Source: an uncultured Gemmatimonadaceae bacterium (GTDB lineage: Bacteria; Gemmatimonadota; Gemmatimonadetes; Gemmatimonadales; Gemmatimonadaceae). Taken from it: a DNA stretch of 64,000 bases. The stretch is taken from positions 672,001 to 736,000 of the forward strand of contig CAWHHI010000020.1 of NCBI GenBank assembly GCA_963829055.1, in the 5' to 3' direction. Below the pieces are notes generated by a model that was not told the DNA's origin, made no database searches, and was given only the letters and a program-made list of their open reading frames with translations. The stretch's first letter is position 1; every line of letters begins with the position of its first letter. Shown here in pieces: positions 11,754 through 22,486 of this stretch. The position numbers were made by a program, and so were the translations under genes.

Positions 11754-13170
11754 ATGTATCGCACAGTCGGAATCATTCTCGCCGGTGTGTTCATCACGTT
11801 CACGGCGGAGACGCCGCGGAGTCGATCGGCGATCATCGACGGCTTCGGCGGCCGCGTCATTCGGGTCGGCGCTCGCAGACGCGCCGGCGGGTCGAGCGGA
11901 CCGGCAGCAGCACAGGATGTCGCAGCGGTGCTCGGTGCCGCGCGCGGTGTGCCGCCGCTGATCTGCGCGTTCGCGGCACAGGCAGTGTGGGGTGGCGGGT
12001 GGGGTGGATACGACGCGCCCTCGTCGCCGGTCGCGTCGGAGATCGCCGACCGCATTCAGAGACATGGCGCGCGAGAAGTTCGGCGCGAGCGACGTCCGGC
12101 TGCTGATGGACAGTCTGTCGAGCACCGATCCGTGCGTGCGCGAGCTGTCCGTGCGATTGATCGGCCGTCAGCGCGATGAGAGCGTGGTGTCTGGTCTCGT
12201 CGAGCGCCTCGGTTCCCGGACGCCGGAGCTCCGCGAGGTTGCCGCGCTCGGACTCGGCTTCATCGGAGCCGAAGAGTGCCGTCGATCCGCTCGTGCGTGC
12301 GCTGCGCGATGCGACGCCGGGCGTGCGCGCGAATTCGGCGTGGGCGCTCGGGCGCATCGAGGATGGTCGCGCGCTGCGGCCGCTCGTGGATCTCTTCCGC
12401 GACGAGTCGGCGCAGGTGCGTGAGGCAGCGACCATCGCGGTCGGTCGCATGGATTCGTCGAGCGCGGTCGAGGCGCTGATCCGCGTGGTGCGCGAGGACG
12501 CGAGCGCGCAGGTGCGTCGCTCTGCCGCATGGGCGCTCGGTCAGCTCGAGGCGCGGAGCGCGGTGGACGTGTTGATCGCGGTGCTGCGCCAGGACGCGGA
12601 CGAGCGCGTGCGTGAGATGGCGGCGTGGGCGCTGGGCAGTCTGGACACGAAGGCGGCGGCGCCGGGCCTCATCGGCGCGCTCCGGCGTGACTCGAGCGAC
12701 GCGGTGCGCGAGACGGCGGCGTGGGCGTTAGGCAACGTGGAAGATCGCACGGCAGCCGACATTCTCGGCGATGCCGTTCGCAGCGACAAGAGCGCGCGCG
12801 TACGTGGCACGGCGGCGTGGGCGTTAGGCCAGCTCGATACGAAGGTGGCTCCGCGAGGCCTGATCGAGGGGCTCAGCGATCAGGAGGACGACGTGCGCAC
12901 TCAAGGCGGCGTGGGCGCTTGGCCAGATCGGAGACTCGAGCGCGGTGACCGGCGATTCAGAACGCGCTCCAAGCCGAGAAGAGTGAGCGGGCGCGGAAGG
13001 CGGAGATCCGCGCGCTGCTCGCGTCGGGCGGCCGGTCGGAGGCGATGCTGACGGAGCTGCTCAAGTCGACGGATCCGACGGTGCGTGAGTCGGCGGTTCG
13101 CGGGCTGGTGGGCAATCACTCGTTCAATCCGTGGCCGTGGCCATGGCCGAGGCCGCGTCCGTATCCGTAG
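11754..13170 (+). CDS. Probably exported HEAT-repeat protein (frameshifted)
   Basis: GGAGG RBS; hydrophobic N-terminus MYRTVGIILAGVFITFTA; about 8 D...VRxxAAWALG repeats; ends PWPWPWPRPRPYP. Confidence 0.82.
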
Positions 13171-13406
13171 ACGGAGCTGCCGGAGGACAGGAAGGGGAGC
13201 CGGAAGGCGGGAATCGGCGGAGCGGCGGAGCGCGGAGAACGTCGATCGCGGTCAGCCGTCTCCGCGGCTTCCAGCCTTCCTCGGCGTCCGCCTTCCTCGC
13301 GTTCCGCCTTCCGCTATGCCGGCGCTGCTCATGGTATGATCCGCAGGGTCGGCGCGTGTTGCTCATGCGCTCCGACCCCACGTTCACGCCATACTCGAGT
13401 TACGCC

Positions 13407-15098
13407 ATGTCTCTGCGGTCCATGCGGACACCGTTCCGCCTCGTGTTCGCCGCGTGTGTCGCGGCCCTCGTTACAAGTTCGGCTGTCGACGCGCAGGCGC
13501 CGACTGTTCGGGCGCCGAGGTTCGAGGTGACCGTCGATCCGGCAACGCGCTCGACGCCACTCACGGGGCGGCTCGTGGTCGTCGTGTCGAAGGTCGCGCA
13601 GCCCGAGCCGCGGATGCTCATCGCGCCGCAGGGCGCCGGCGCTGTTCGCGATCGACCTCGAACAGCTGCGTGCCGGGCAGCCGGCGATCGTCGACACGAA
13701 GTCGCTCGGATATCCGGTGCCGCTCGCGTCGCTGCCGGCGGGCGACTACTACGCGCAGGCCATCGTGAACACGTACGAGGCCGTGAAGCGCGCGGACGGC
13801 AAGACGATCTGGGTGCACTTCAACGACGGCACGCAGGAGGTCATGCAGATCGCCGCCGGCAACGTGTACAGCGACGTGCAGAAGATCCACGTCGGCAACG
13901 GCGGCACCGTGAGGCTCCGCATCAACAAGACCATCCCGCCGAACCCGCGCCCGCAGGACACGGAGTGGGTCAAGCACGCGCGCATTCAGAGCCAGAAGCT
14001 GACGGCGTTCTGGGGACGCCCGGTGTACGTGTACGCGACGGTGCTCCTGCCGAAGGGGTACAACGAGCACCCTAACGTGAAGTATCCGACCGTCTACACG
14101 TTCGGGCACAACGTGCCGTTCAGCTTCAACCCGGACTCGACGCGCACTCGCGGGCTCGGCCAGATCAATCCGGTGACTGGGACCGAAACGGGCTACGACT
14201 TCTACAAGTCGTGGATCGCGGACGGCTTCCCGCGCTTCATCGCCGTGAGCTTCGAGCAGGCGACGCCGTGGTTCCTCGATTCCTACTCCGTGAACTCGGC
14301 GCAGAACGGACCGTACGGCGACGCGATGGAGGAGGAGATCATCCCGGCGCTCGAGAAGCAGTTCCGGATGATCGGCAAGCCGTACGCGCGGCTCGCGGAG
14401 GGTGCGTCGACGGGTGGCTGGCAGACGCTCGCGCTGCAGCTCAAGCATCCCGACTTCTTCGGCGGCGCGTGGGTGCTGCAGCCGGACCCGATCGATTTCC
14501 GGCGCTACCAGCTCGTGGACATCTACGCGGACACGAATGCGTTCCTCGTGCCGAACACGCAGTTCACGACGACCGAGCGTCCGTTCAAGCGCACGCCGGA
14601 GGGACAGGTACAGTGGACGCTGCGCCAGCTCAGCCTGTTCGAGGAGGTGCTCGGCACTCGCGGCCGGTCGAACTACCAGCTCGAGGGGTGGGAGGCGATC
14701 TACGGACCGCTCGGACGCGGACGGCTATCCGAAGCCGCTCTGGAACAAGCTCACGGGGACGATCGACAAGAGCGTCGCGAACTACATGCGCGACAACGGC
14801 TACGACCTGCGCGACTACGCGCAGAAGAACTGGGCCACGTTAGGCCCGAAGGTCGCGGGCAAGCTGCACTTCTTCGCCGGCGACATGGACGACTTCTACC
14901 TGAACCTCGCGGTCTACCGGTTCGAGGAGTTCCTCAAGAGCACGCCGGAGCGGGAAGAACGTGCCGTTCACGTACAACCGACCGATGAAGGGTCACAGCT
15001 CACACGCGATGCCGTGGGCCGAGCTCGTTAGGCAGATGGGCGCGTACGTGAAGAAGAACACGCCGGCTGGAGATGACGCGAGCGCGTGGTGGTACTAG
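13407..15098 (+). CDS. Secreted putative esterase (alpha/beta hydrolase)
   Basis: Signal peptide, DSYSVNSAQNGPYGDA, nucleophile elbow GASTGG, GDMDDFYL; contains indels. Confidence 0.75.
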
Positions 15099-15105
15099 GG
15101 GTGCT

Positions 15106-15235
15106 GTCATCCCGAGCGAAGCGGCAGCGGCGAGGGATCTTCTGTGAAGTACTCGTGGCCAGGTCAGCCACAATGACGTTCGAGAAGATCCCTCGCGTGC
15201 CGCTCGGGATGACAATCGCTGCCGCTCGGGATGAC
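15106..15235. repeat. Palindromic intergenic element, type B (doubled right arm)
   Basis: GTCATCCCGAGCG...CGAGGGATC...GAAGTACTCGTGGCC core...GATCCCTCG...CGCTCGGGATGAC (x2). Confidence 0.9.
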
Positions 15236-15317
15236 ACCTGCTGCCGCATGACGGTTCCCATGAGCTCGTCATAGCTGCCGCGGATTTGTACTCCGGACTC
15301 GACCCGCACGCCACTGA

Positions 15318-15334
15318 TTGGCACGTCCATCGCG
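15318..15334 (+). promoter_or_regulatory. Possible sigma-54 (-24/-12) promoter for yceI
   Basis: TTGGCACGTCCATCGCG has GG-N10-GC with the TGGCACG consensus, about 34 bp upstream of the ATG. Confidence 0.5.
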
Positions 15335-15367
15335 CCATCACCGCCTGAGCGTCCAACAGGAGGAGCG

Positions 15368-15937
15368 ATGGCTAGTGGAGCAGCGGTTCAGGCAGGCGAG
15401 GCGACGTGGCGACTCGACCCGGCGCACTCGAGCGTCGAGTTCTCGGTCAAGCACATGATGATGACGACGGTGCGCGGCCGTTTCAAAACGGTGAACGCGA
15501 AGCTGACGGCGGACGAGTCGCACCCGGAAGGCTGCTGCGTCGAGGTCGAGATCGACGCCGCGAGTCTCGACACCGGCGTCGCGGACCGCGATGCGCACCT
15601 ACGTGGGCCAGACTTCTTCGACGCGGAGAACCATCCGAAGATCACGTTCAAGAGCAGGCGGCTCGAGGGCAACTTCGGCGGCGAGGGCGACCGGTTCCGC
15701 GCGGTCGGCGATCTCACGATGCGCGATCAGACGATGGAGATCGTGCTCGACTGTGAGTTCCTGGGACGCGGAAAGGATCCGTGGGGGAACGAGCGCGCGG
15801 GATTCAGCGCCCACACCGACCTGGATCGGCGCGAATGGGGGCTTCGCTGGAATCAGGCGATCGAGACGGGCGGCGTGCTGGTCGCGAACCGCGTCCGCAT
15901 CGACGTCGAAGTGCAGTTCGTGAAGGAGAACCAGTAG
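15368..15937 (+). CDS. yceI: YceI-family protein
   Basis: WRLDPAHSSVEFSVKHMM..VRGRF, RDAHLRGPDFFD, KDPWGNER.GF; GGAGG RBS. Confidence 0.92.
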   Translation: MASGAAVQAGEATWRLDPAHSSVEFSVKHMMMTTVRGRFKTVNAKLTADESHPEGCCVEVEIDAASLDTGVADRDAHLRGPDFFDAENHPKITFKSRRLEGNFGGEGDRFRAVGDLTMRDQTMEIVLDCEFLGRGKDPWGNERAGFSAHTDLDRREWGLRWNQAIETGGVLVANRVRIDVEVQFVKENQ

Positions 15938-15984
15938 CAGCGATCAGCAGCGATCGTAGCGATACACGGCTGACGGGGCGCGAC

Positions 15985-16946
15985 TCAGCGGTCGATGCGG
16001 ACTCGCCCGCCCTGCACCTCGCAATGCGCGCTCAGCACCGAGCAGACGACGTTCACCACCTCCTGCACCGGGCGATCGGTGAAGCTGGCGGTGATCGTTT
16101 CGCGCGCGAGTGCGGAATCCGAGATCGTCACCGGCGTTCCGTACACGCGCTCGATCTCGCGCGCTGCCTCGCGCAACGGCGTCGCCTGAAACGCGAGAAA
16201 TGTCCCGACCCACGTGGCGACCGCGACGGGTGCGGCGGCGCGGGTCGGACGCGTGACGGCGCCGTCGCGCACGCCGCTCTCCTCGCCGGCGGCGACTTCG
16301 ATGCGCCCCTGCTGCGTGCTCAGCGCGACTTTGCCCTCGACGACGCGCAGGTCGAGACGATCGGCGTTCGTGACGAGCTCGAAGCGGGTGCCGAGTACGC
16401 GCGCGTCGCCAGCGCGAGTGTGAACGAGCAGTGGGTAGCGCGGCATCCGCTCCACGGCGAAGAACGCGCGGCCCTCGAGACTCACCTCGCGCCCGCGCCC
16501 CGCGTGCACGCGGAGCCGGCTCGACGGCGCGAGCCTAACGACGCTTCCCTCTCCCAGCTGAACGGTGGCGAGCTCCGTCGCGCCGGTGACGACCTCGGTG
16601 GCTCCCCAGCCCGGAATGGCATCGGCGTCGGTCGCGACACGCTCGCGAAGCGACACGACGGCGACGATGGCCGCGGCTGCCGCGATCGCCCACGGCGCGA
16701 ATCGGGCGGCGACACCGCGACCGGCGAATCGGCGTCGCGCCGCGACCCGCGCGACGATCTCCGCGGCCGTGGGTTGTGCGACTGCGTGTCTCGATGTCGC
16801 CGAGCGCGCGACCAGCCTCGAGAAGTCGCAGTGTCGTGCGATACTGACGCTCGTTGTCGGCCGACGCGCGTCGCCACGCGTCGAGCTGCGTCCAACTCGG
16901 CCGCGCTCGCCTCGCCGCGTCGCGCGCGGTCGATCAGTTCGTCCAT
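15985..16946 (-). CDS. FecR-family anti-sigma/sensor
   Basis: VQLGEGSVVRLAPSSRL, LEGRAFFAV, VLGTRFEL, VVEGKV, FQATPLREAAREIERVYG; N-terminal part frameshifted. Confidence 0.85.
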
Positions 16947-16950
16947 GGTG

Positions 16951-17145
16951 GTCATTCCGAGCGAGCGACGCCGGCTGTCATTCCGAGCGAGCGGAGCGAG
17001 TCGAGGAATCCGACCTGCCTCCGAGGGCTCTACCGGGAGACGGATCTCACTGCGGCCTGCGGCCTCCGCTCGGAATGACACCGATTCCTCGACTGCCTGC
17101 CTGAGCGTAGCGAAGGGCTCGGAATGACCAACCGCTCGGAATGAC
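16951..17145. repeat. Compound palindromic element, type A (2 left arms, 3 right arms)
   Basis: GTCATTCCGAGCG at 16951 and 16977; three GCTCGGAATGAC copies ending at 17145. Confidence 0.9.
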
Positions 17146-17146
17146 A

Positions 17147-17887
17147 TTACTTCTCCGGCAGGCGCGACGTCACCTTGCCGGTCTCGTCGAGGAACTCGAG
17201 GCTCGGAGCACCTAACGAGTCGACCATCATGCGGATCCGCGTCTTGCCGTTCCGGTCCGAGAGGTTGACGAGCGCGGCCTTGCTCACGTCGCGTCCGACA
17301 TAGACACGCTGCGCGACGAGAGGGACGCCGTTGCGCGGCGCGGCCCACTTCTGGATTGCCGCCGTGCGTGCCGGGCCCTCCGGTATCGCCTTCATGATCG
17401 AGTCACGCTCGGCCACGAGGTCGTAGATGTCGGTGTCAGCACGATCGGCGATGGTGAGGCCCATGTTGCGGCGACCATTCCGGTCGTTGTACTGCAGGTA
17501 CAGCACCTGATCCTGATTGAACTGGTCGAACGAGAATCCGCTCTGCGAATGGTACGTGCCGTCCGCTTCGCGCTTGCCGTCGAACGTGAGGCCGCCGTTC
17601 TCGGTGCCTTCGTCGTTGAAGAAGATGATCCCCGGTCGCGTTCCACCCGCGTAGCCGAACGGCTTGCCCTTGTAGATGGGACCGATCGAGCGATCACGGT
17701 TCGAGATCACCATGCGCAGCTTGCCGTCCTTCTCGACGACGTTGATGCGCTCGACATCGATCTCGGTGAACTTCTGCTTCTGTGACGCCTGGCGGAACGC
17801 CGCCAGCGAGATGGTGCCGAGCAGCGCGGTGACTACGATCGCGTAGCCCTTGAGCAGCCGCAGCTCGCGGCGAATCTCGTTGTCCAT
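17147..17887 (-). CDS. Conserved hypothetical protein, paralog 1 of 3
   Basis: Intact 246-aa ORF; one N-terminal TM, KFTEIDVERINVVEKDGKLRMVISN, PGIIFFNDEGTENGGL, FDQFNQDQ. Confidence 0.8.
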   Translation of the reverse strand: MDNEIRRELRLLKGYAIVVTALLGTISLAAFRQASQKQKFTEIDVERINVVEKDGKLRMVISNRDRSIGPIYKGKPFGYAGGTRPGIIFFNDEGTENGGLTFDGKREADGTYHSQSGFSFDQFNQDQVLYLQYNDRNGRRNMGLTIADRADTDIYDLVAERDSIMKAIPEGPARTAAIQKWAAPRNGVPLVAQRVYVGRDVSKAALVNLSDRNGKTRIRMMVDSLGAPSLEFLDETGKVTSRLPEK

Positions 17888-17966
17888 GAACGTGCTCCGA
17901 GGTCGGATGTGAGCGGGTGTCCGCGAGCATCCACGTTGGTGCTCGCAGAGTCATACTATCGGCCGG

Positions 17967-18715
17967 CTATCGGCTGGTGGGATAGTGACGCACGGTACGA
18001 CCGGCATCGTCGAGGAAGTCCAGCGCCGGCACGCCGGCCGAGTCAACCGTTAGGCGGATGCGCGGACGACCGGCGGGGTCGGCGAGCATGACCGTCGACG
18101 CGCGATCGGGCGTCTTGCCGACGAACACGCGCAGCGTGCTCTTGCCCGCCTGGCCAATGGGTGAATCACGTAGCTGCTGCAATCGGCGCGTCTTCTCCGG
18201 CCCATCGGGTAACGCCTGGAATGCCATGGCGCTGTCGGCGAACGGCTTGATTGGAATCTCCGAACGGTCCGCGAACGTGAGACCCGCGCGCGCGTGGCCG
18301 TCGACGTCGCTGTAGGTGAACGACACTGCCTCGTCCTGGTCGAACTGGTCGAACGTCAGGTGACCGTTCGCGCGGTAGCCCGTTGCGGTTTTCCGACCGG
18401 CGTAGACGAGCCCACCGTTCTCGTTGCCCTCGTCATTGAAGAAGATCAGGCCGGCCGAGCCGGACCCGGTGCCGCCGCGGAGCGGGTACGACTTGCCGCC
18501 GATGATGGGATCAGGGAGACGAGCGGCGTTGGAGATCGTCAGGCGGAGCTTGCCGTCCTTCTCGATGACGTTGATGCGCTCGACGTCTATTTCTGTGAAG
18601 CGATTTGCGCGGATCTGGCGAAAGGCGCCAATGGTGAGGACGCCGCGGCGAGTCCCGCCAGGACGAGTACCCGGCGTACCTGGCGCAGCTCTCGTTGAGT
18701 TTCGGGGTCGATCAT
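17967..18715 (-). CDS. Conserved hypothetical protein, paralog 2 of 3 (frameshifted)
   Basis: FTEIDVERINVIEKDGKLRLTISN, GLIFFNDEGNENGGL, FDQFDQD, LEF/LDFLDD-type C-terminus. Confidence 0.75.
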
Positions 18716-18789
18716 GGGCGCTCGCCGCGAATGGTACGCATCCACGCGGATGCTCGTGGAGTCATACCATCCTCGTATGATTCCAGGCA

Positions 18790-19121
18790 CCGGGGTCGGT
18801 GGGAACGACGATTGGGCGGATCTGTACTGCGGAACTACCGGATACGGCTTTGCGTTCAGGCATCATCGCGCCGGGGCCGGTGGGAACTACGATCGGGCGG
18901 ATGAAACGGAAGAAGCCGGATACCGCTCGGCAGGTCGAGCTCCTCTCGCAACGAGCCGGGATTTCTTGGGAACGGCCGCTCGGGACGCAGGCGTCCCGAG
19001 CGGCCGTTCCTCATTCAGCTCAGAGTCCGGCGAGAGCCAGCGTCGATGCAAAGCCGTATCCGGCCGTTTTCCGTGTCATCCGCCAAATCGTCGTTCCCAC
19101 CGAGCCCCGGCGCGATGATGC
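18790..19121. repeat. ~330-bp non-coding inverted/direct repeat cluster (MITE- or REP-like)
   Basis: GGGG(T/C)CGGTGGGAAC(G/T)ACGAT(T/C)GGGCGGAT at 18792 and 18873; inverted copy at ~19069-19121; CCGGATACGGCTTTGC at 18838 inverted at ~19048. Confidence 0.8.
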
Positions 19122-19125
19122 GTAG

Positions 19126-20209
19126 TCAGCGCGGAACTCGCCGGTCGCGATGCAGACGGCGCTCCAGCCACGAGCCATACGCCGACATCAGCGTGCTCGC
19201 GGTAAAATAGATCGCCCCAACGAAGACGTACGCCTCGGTGTGGAAGCCGAGCCACTCGGGGTCCTGGGCGGCGCACGCGCGCGGTGTTCAGCAGATCGAA
19301 CAAGCCGATGATCACGACGAGGCTCGTGTCCTGAAAGAAGCCGACCGCGATCGACACGAACGACGGCACCACGACGCGCAGGGCCTGCGGAAGGATCACG
19401 AGCCGCTGCATGCGCCACGCGCTCAATCCCAGCGCGCGCGCGGCGTCGTACTGACCGCGCGGCACCACCTGCAGCCCCGACCGCACCGCCTCGGACAGAT
19501 AGGCCGACGCGAACACGACGATCGCCCCCTGGGCGAGGAACAGCTTGTCGATCTCGATCCCCGCCGGCAACGCGAGTGGCACCACGAGTGCCGCGACATA
19601 CAGCACCGCGATGAGAGGAACACCACGCACGGTCTCGACGAAGGTCGTCGCGAGCACGCGCGGCACGGCCAGAGTGGACCGACGACCCAGCGCCAGCAAC
19701 ACCGCGAGCGGGAAGCCTAACGACAAGCCAACCGCCGTGAGCATCACCGTGATCGGGAGTCCGCCCCAGAGACGGGTCGGTACGCGCTCGAGGCCTGCGC
19801 CGCCGTGCATGAGCCAGAACGCCGCGATCAAGCCCGACGACCCAGGCGCCGATGAGCCACCGTCGCCAGACACCACGGGAGGGCCGAGGCGACGATGAGT
19901 GCGACCAGCAGACGTCAGTGCGATGCTGGCTCGCCACCGCTCATTCGGCGGATACAATCCGAACACCACGAACGCGAGCTTGTGGCCGACGAACGCCCAG
20001 CATGCTCCGCTCGCCGCTCGGCAGTCTTCCGCCGAACCCGTCCACCGGGCGCCGATCAGGGCCCATCGACTGAGTGGAATGGCGACCGCGGCGACAACCA
20101 GTGCGACGACGGCGGTGAGCAGCGCGTCGGAGGGTGTCGCAACGCTCCGCCGCAGGAACGCGGCAACGCCGGTGGACGCTGGCGGGCGCGCAGCCGACGT
20201 ACGTGTCAT
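19126..20209 (-). CDS. aapM: Amino acid ABC transporter permease (AapM/BztC-like)
   Basis: SGACWAFV, GLYP..ERWR, WGGLPIT, ETVRGVPLI, SAYLSEAVRSGLQ.VPRGQYDAARALGL. Confidence 0.85.
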
Positions 20210-20213
20210 CGCG

Positions 20214-21308
20214 TCAGGCGGCCGGACGCAACAGCCGCCGGTTGTACGCGTTCATCGCCGCTGCCACCATGAGGCTCAGCGTCAGATAGACGACGATCAT
20301 GATGAGCATCGTCTCGATGGCGTGCCCGGTCTGGTTCGCCGTCGTGTTCAGGATGCTCACGACGTCCGGAAAGCCGATCGCCACCGCGAGGCTCGAGTTT
20401 TTCGTCAGGCTCACGCAATTCGTCGCGATGAGAGGGACCATCGCGCGGAGCGCCTGTGGGACGACGACGAATCGCATCGTCTGCCCGCGCGAGAGCCCTA
20501 ACGCGACCGCGGCGTCGCGCTGCCGAGCCGGAACGGCCAGCACGGCACCGCGAACGACCTCGGAGATGTGCGCGGCATGGTGCAGTACGAGCGCCCCGAG
20601 CAGCGCTGTCAGTTCCGGCGAGATCGTGATGCCGTCGACGAAGTTGAAGCCCTGCAGATGCGGACGTTCGAGCACGGGCACCGCGACGGCGATCGACCCA
20701 ATCATCGCGAGCCCCAGGGCCCCGGCGAGAACCTTCCAGGCGACAGCGCGCCGAATGGGTCGCGCGCGACGCGCCGACCACGAGCACGGCCAGGAGTGCG
20801 ACGCCTAACGTCAGCTGCACCGCGGACAACGACAGCGACGGCATCACCAGCCCACGGTCCGACACGAACACGCTCGGCAACGGCTCCAGCGCGCCTCGCG
20901 CCGGCGGCAGCGTGTGCATCGTCGCCGCGAGAAACAGGAGCAGCAGCAGCAACGGCACGTTCCGCACGAGCTCCACGATTCGCCCGCGCGACGCCGCGCA
21001 CGGCGGGGTTGCGTCGCGAGCCGCAGAATCCCGAGTACGAAGCCGAGCGCGATCGCGAGGATCCAGCCGAGTACGGAGACGCGTGCCGTGTTCGCGAGCC
21101 CGACGAGGATCGCGCGCACGAACGTGTCGGCCGGCGAGTACGCGATCGGCGCGTCGCCGATCTCGAAGTTCGCCGGCTGTCTCAGGAAGCCGAAGCCGAG
21201 TGAGATGCCGTGCTGGTCGAGCGTGTTCGCGGTGTTGTGGCCGAGCCACCAGAGCGCGGCGGCGGCAACTCCCAGCGCGATTGCCTGACTGCGGCCTGCC
21301 GCCTCACA
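20214..21308 (-). CDS. aapQ: Amino acid ABC transporter permease (AapQ/BztB-like), frameshifted
   Basis: GFGFLRQPANFEIG, RAILVGLANT, ELVRNVPLLL, SEVVRGAVLAVP, KNSSLAVAIGFPDVV; start approximate. Confidence 0.82.
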
Positions 21309-21336
21309 ACCGAAGCCCTCTACCAATACGCTCGCG

Positions 21337-21383
21337 ATTCCTCGACTCACGGCCTGCTCGAGCATCGATCGCTCGGAATGACA
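21337..21383. repeat. Half palindromic element, type A (right arm only)
   Basis: GATTCCTCGACTC...CGCTCGGAATGAC preceded by core remnant GCCCTCTACC. Confidence 0.75.
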
Positions 21384-21386
21384 CGG

Positions 21387-22486
21387 TCACCGGAACGGTG
21401 GGGCGTACATCAGGCCGCCGTCGGTCCACAATGCATTCAGGCCGCGCGTCATTCCGAGCGGCGTTTTCGGGCCGAGGCTGCGGTCGAAGATCTCGCCGTA
21501 GTTCCCGACTTTCTCGATGACGCGCGCGGTCCAGCGCGCGTCGAGACCGAAGCCGTCGGTGACGCCCGGCTCGAGGCCGAGAAATCGTTTGACTGGACGG
21601 GTCGGCGCTCGTCTCGAATGTGGCGACATTCGCCTGCGTGATCCCTATCTCCTCGGCCTGCACCGGAACGCGGAACACCCAGTTGATGAGCTCGAGCCAC
21701 TGGTCGTCGCCGTAACGAACGACCGGCGCGATCGGCTCCTTGGACAGACGGTCCGGGAGGACGATGTAGTCGTTAGGATTTCGCAGCATCGTGCGCGTCG
21801 TCGCCAGGCCGGCGCCATCCTGGGTGATGACGTCGCAGCGCCCGCCAGCGAGCGCGGAGACGGCGCCGCGCAGATCCTCGATGACGACCGGCCGGAACTT
21901 GATGTTGTTGCGGCGCGCGAAGTCGGTGAGGTTGAGCTCCGTCGTCGTGCCCTGCTGCACGCAGACCGTCGCGCCGTCGAGCGCCGCGGCCTTGCTGACG
22001 TTCAGCGCCTTCGGGCACGAGGAACGCCTGGCCGTCGTAGAGGTAGACGGGCCCGAAGTGAAAGCCGCGCTGCATCGTGCGACTGATCGTGAGCGACGTG
22101 CCGTTCACGAGGAGATCGACCTCTCCCGATTGCAGGCCGGAGAACCGCTGCGACTGGGTGTATGGTACGAACTCGACCTTGGCGGGGTCGCCGAACACCG
22201 CGACAGCAACGGCGCGACAGAAGTCGACGTCGAATCCCTGCCACTGTCCTGCGTCGTTAGGCGTCGCGAAGCCGGCGGCCTGCGAGATGCCGCACCGCAC
22301 CGAGCCTCGTGCGCGAACAGCCCGGAGCGTCGCGCCCGCGACTCCGGATTTCGCCGACGCTCCGTTCGTCGAGGCAGACGCCGCGCGATTGGTGTCCGCG
22401 GATGAGCCGGCGCTCGACGAGCATGCCGTCACCACCGTCGCGCACAGTAGCAGCAACGCGCGTACGCGAAGCCGACGCACGCTCAC
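21387..22486 (-). CDS. aapJ: Amino acid ABC transporter substrate-binding lipoprotein (AapJ/BztA-like)
   Basis: Lipobox VVTAC; GFDVDFCRAVAVAVFGD, QGTTTELNL, SKEPIAPVVRYGDDQW, VGNYGEIFDR, RGLNALW..GGLMYAPPFR. Confidence 0.9.
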
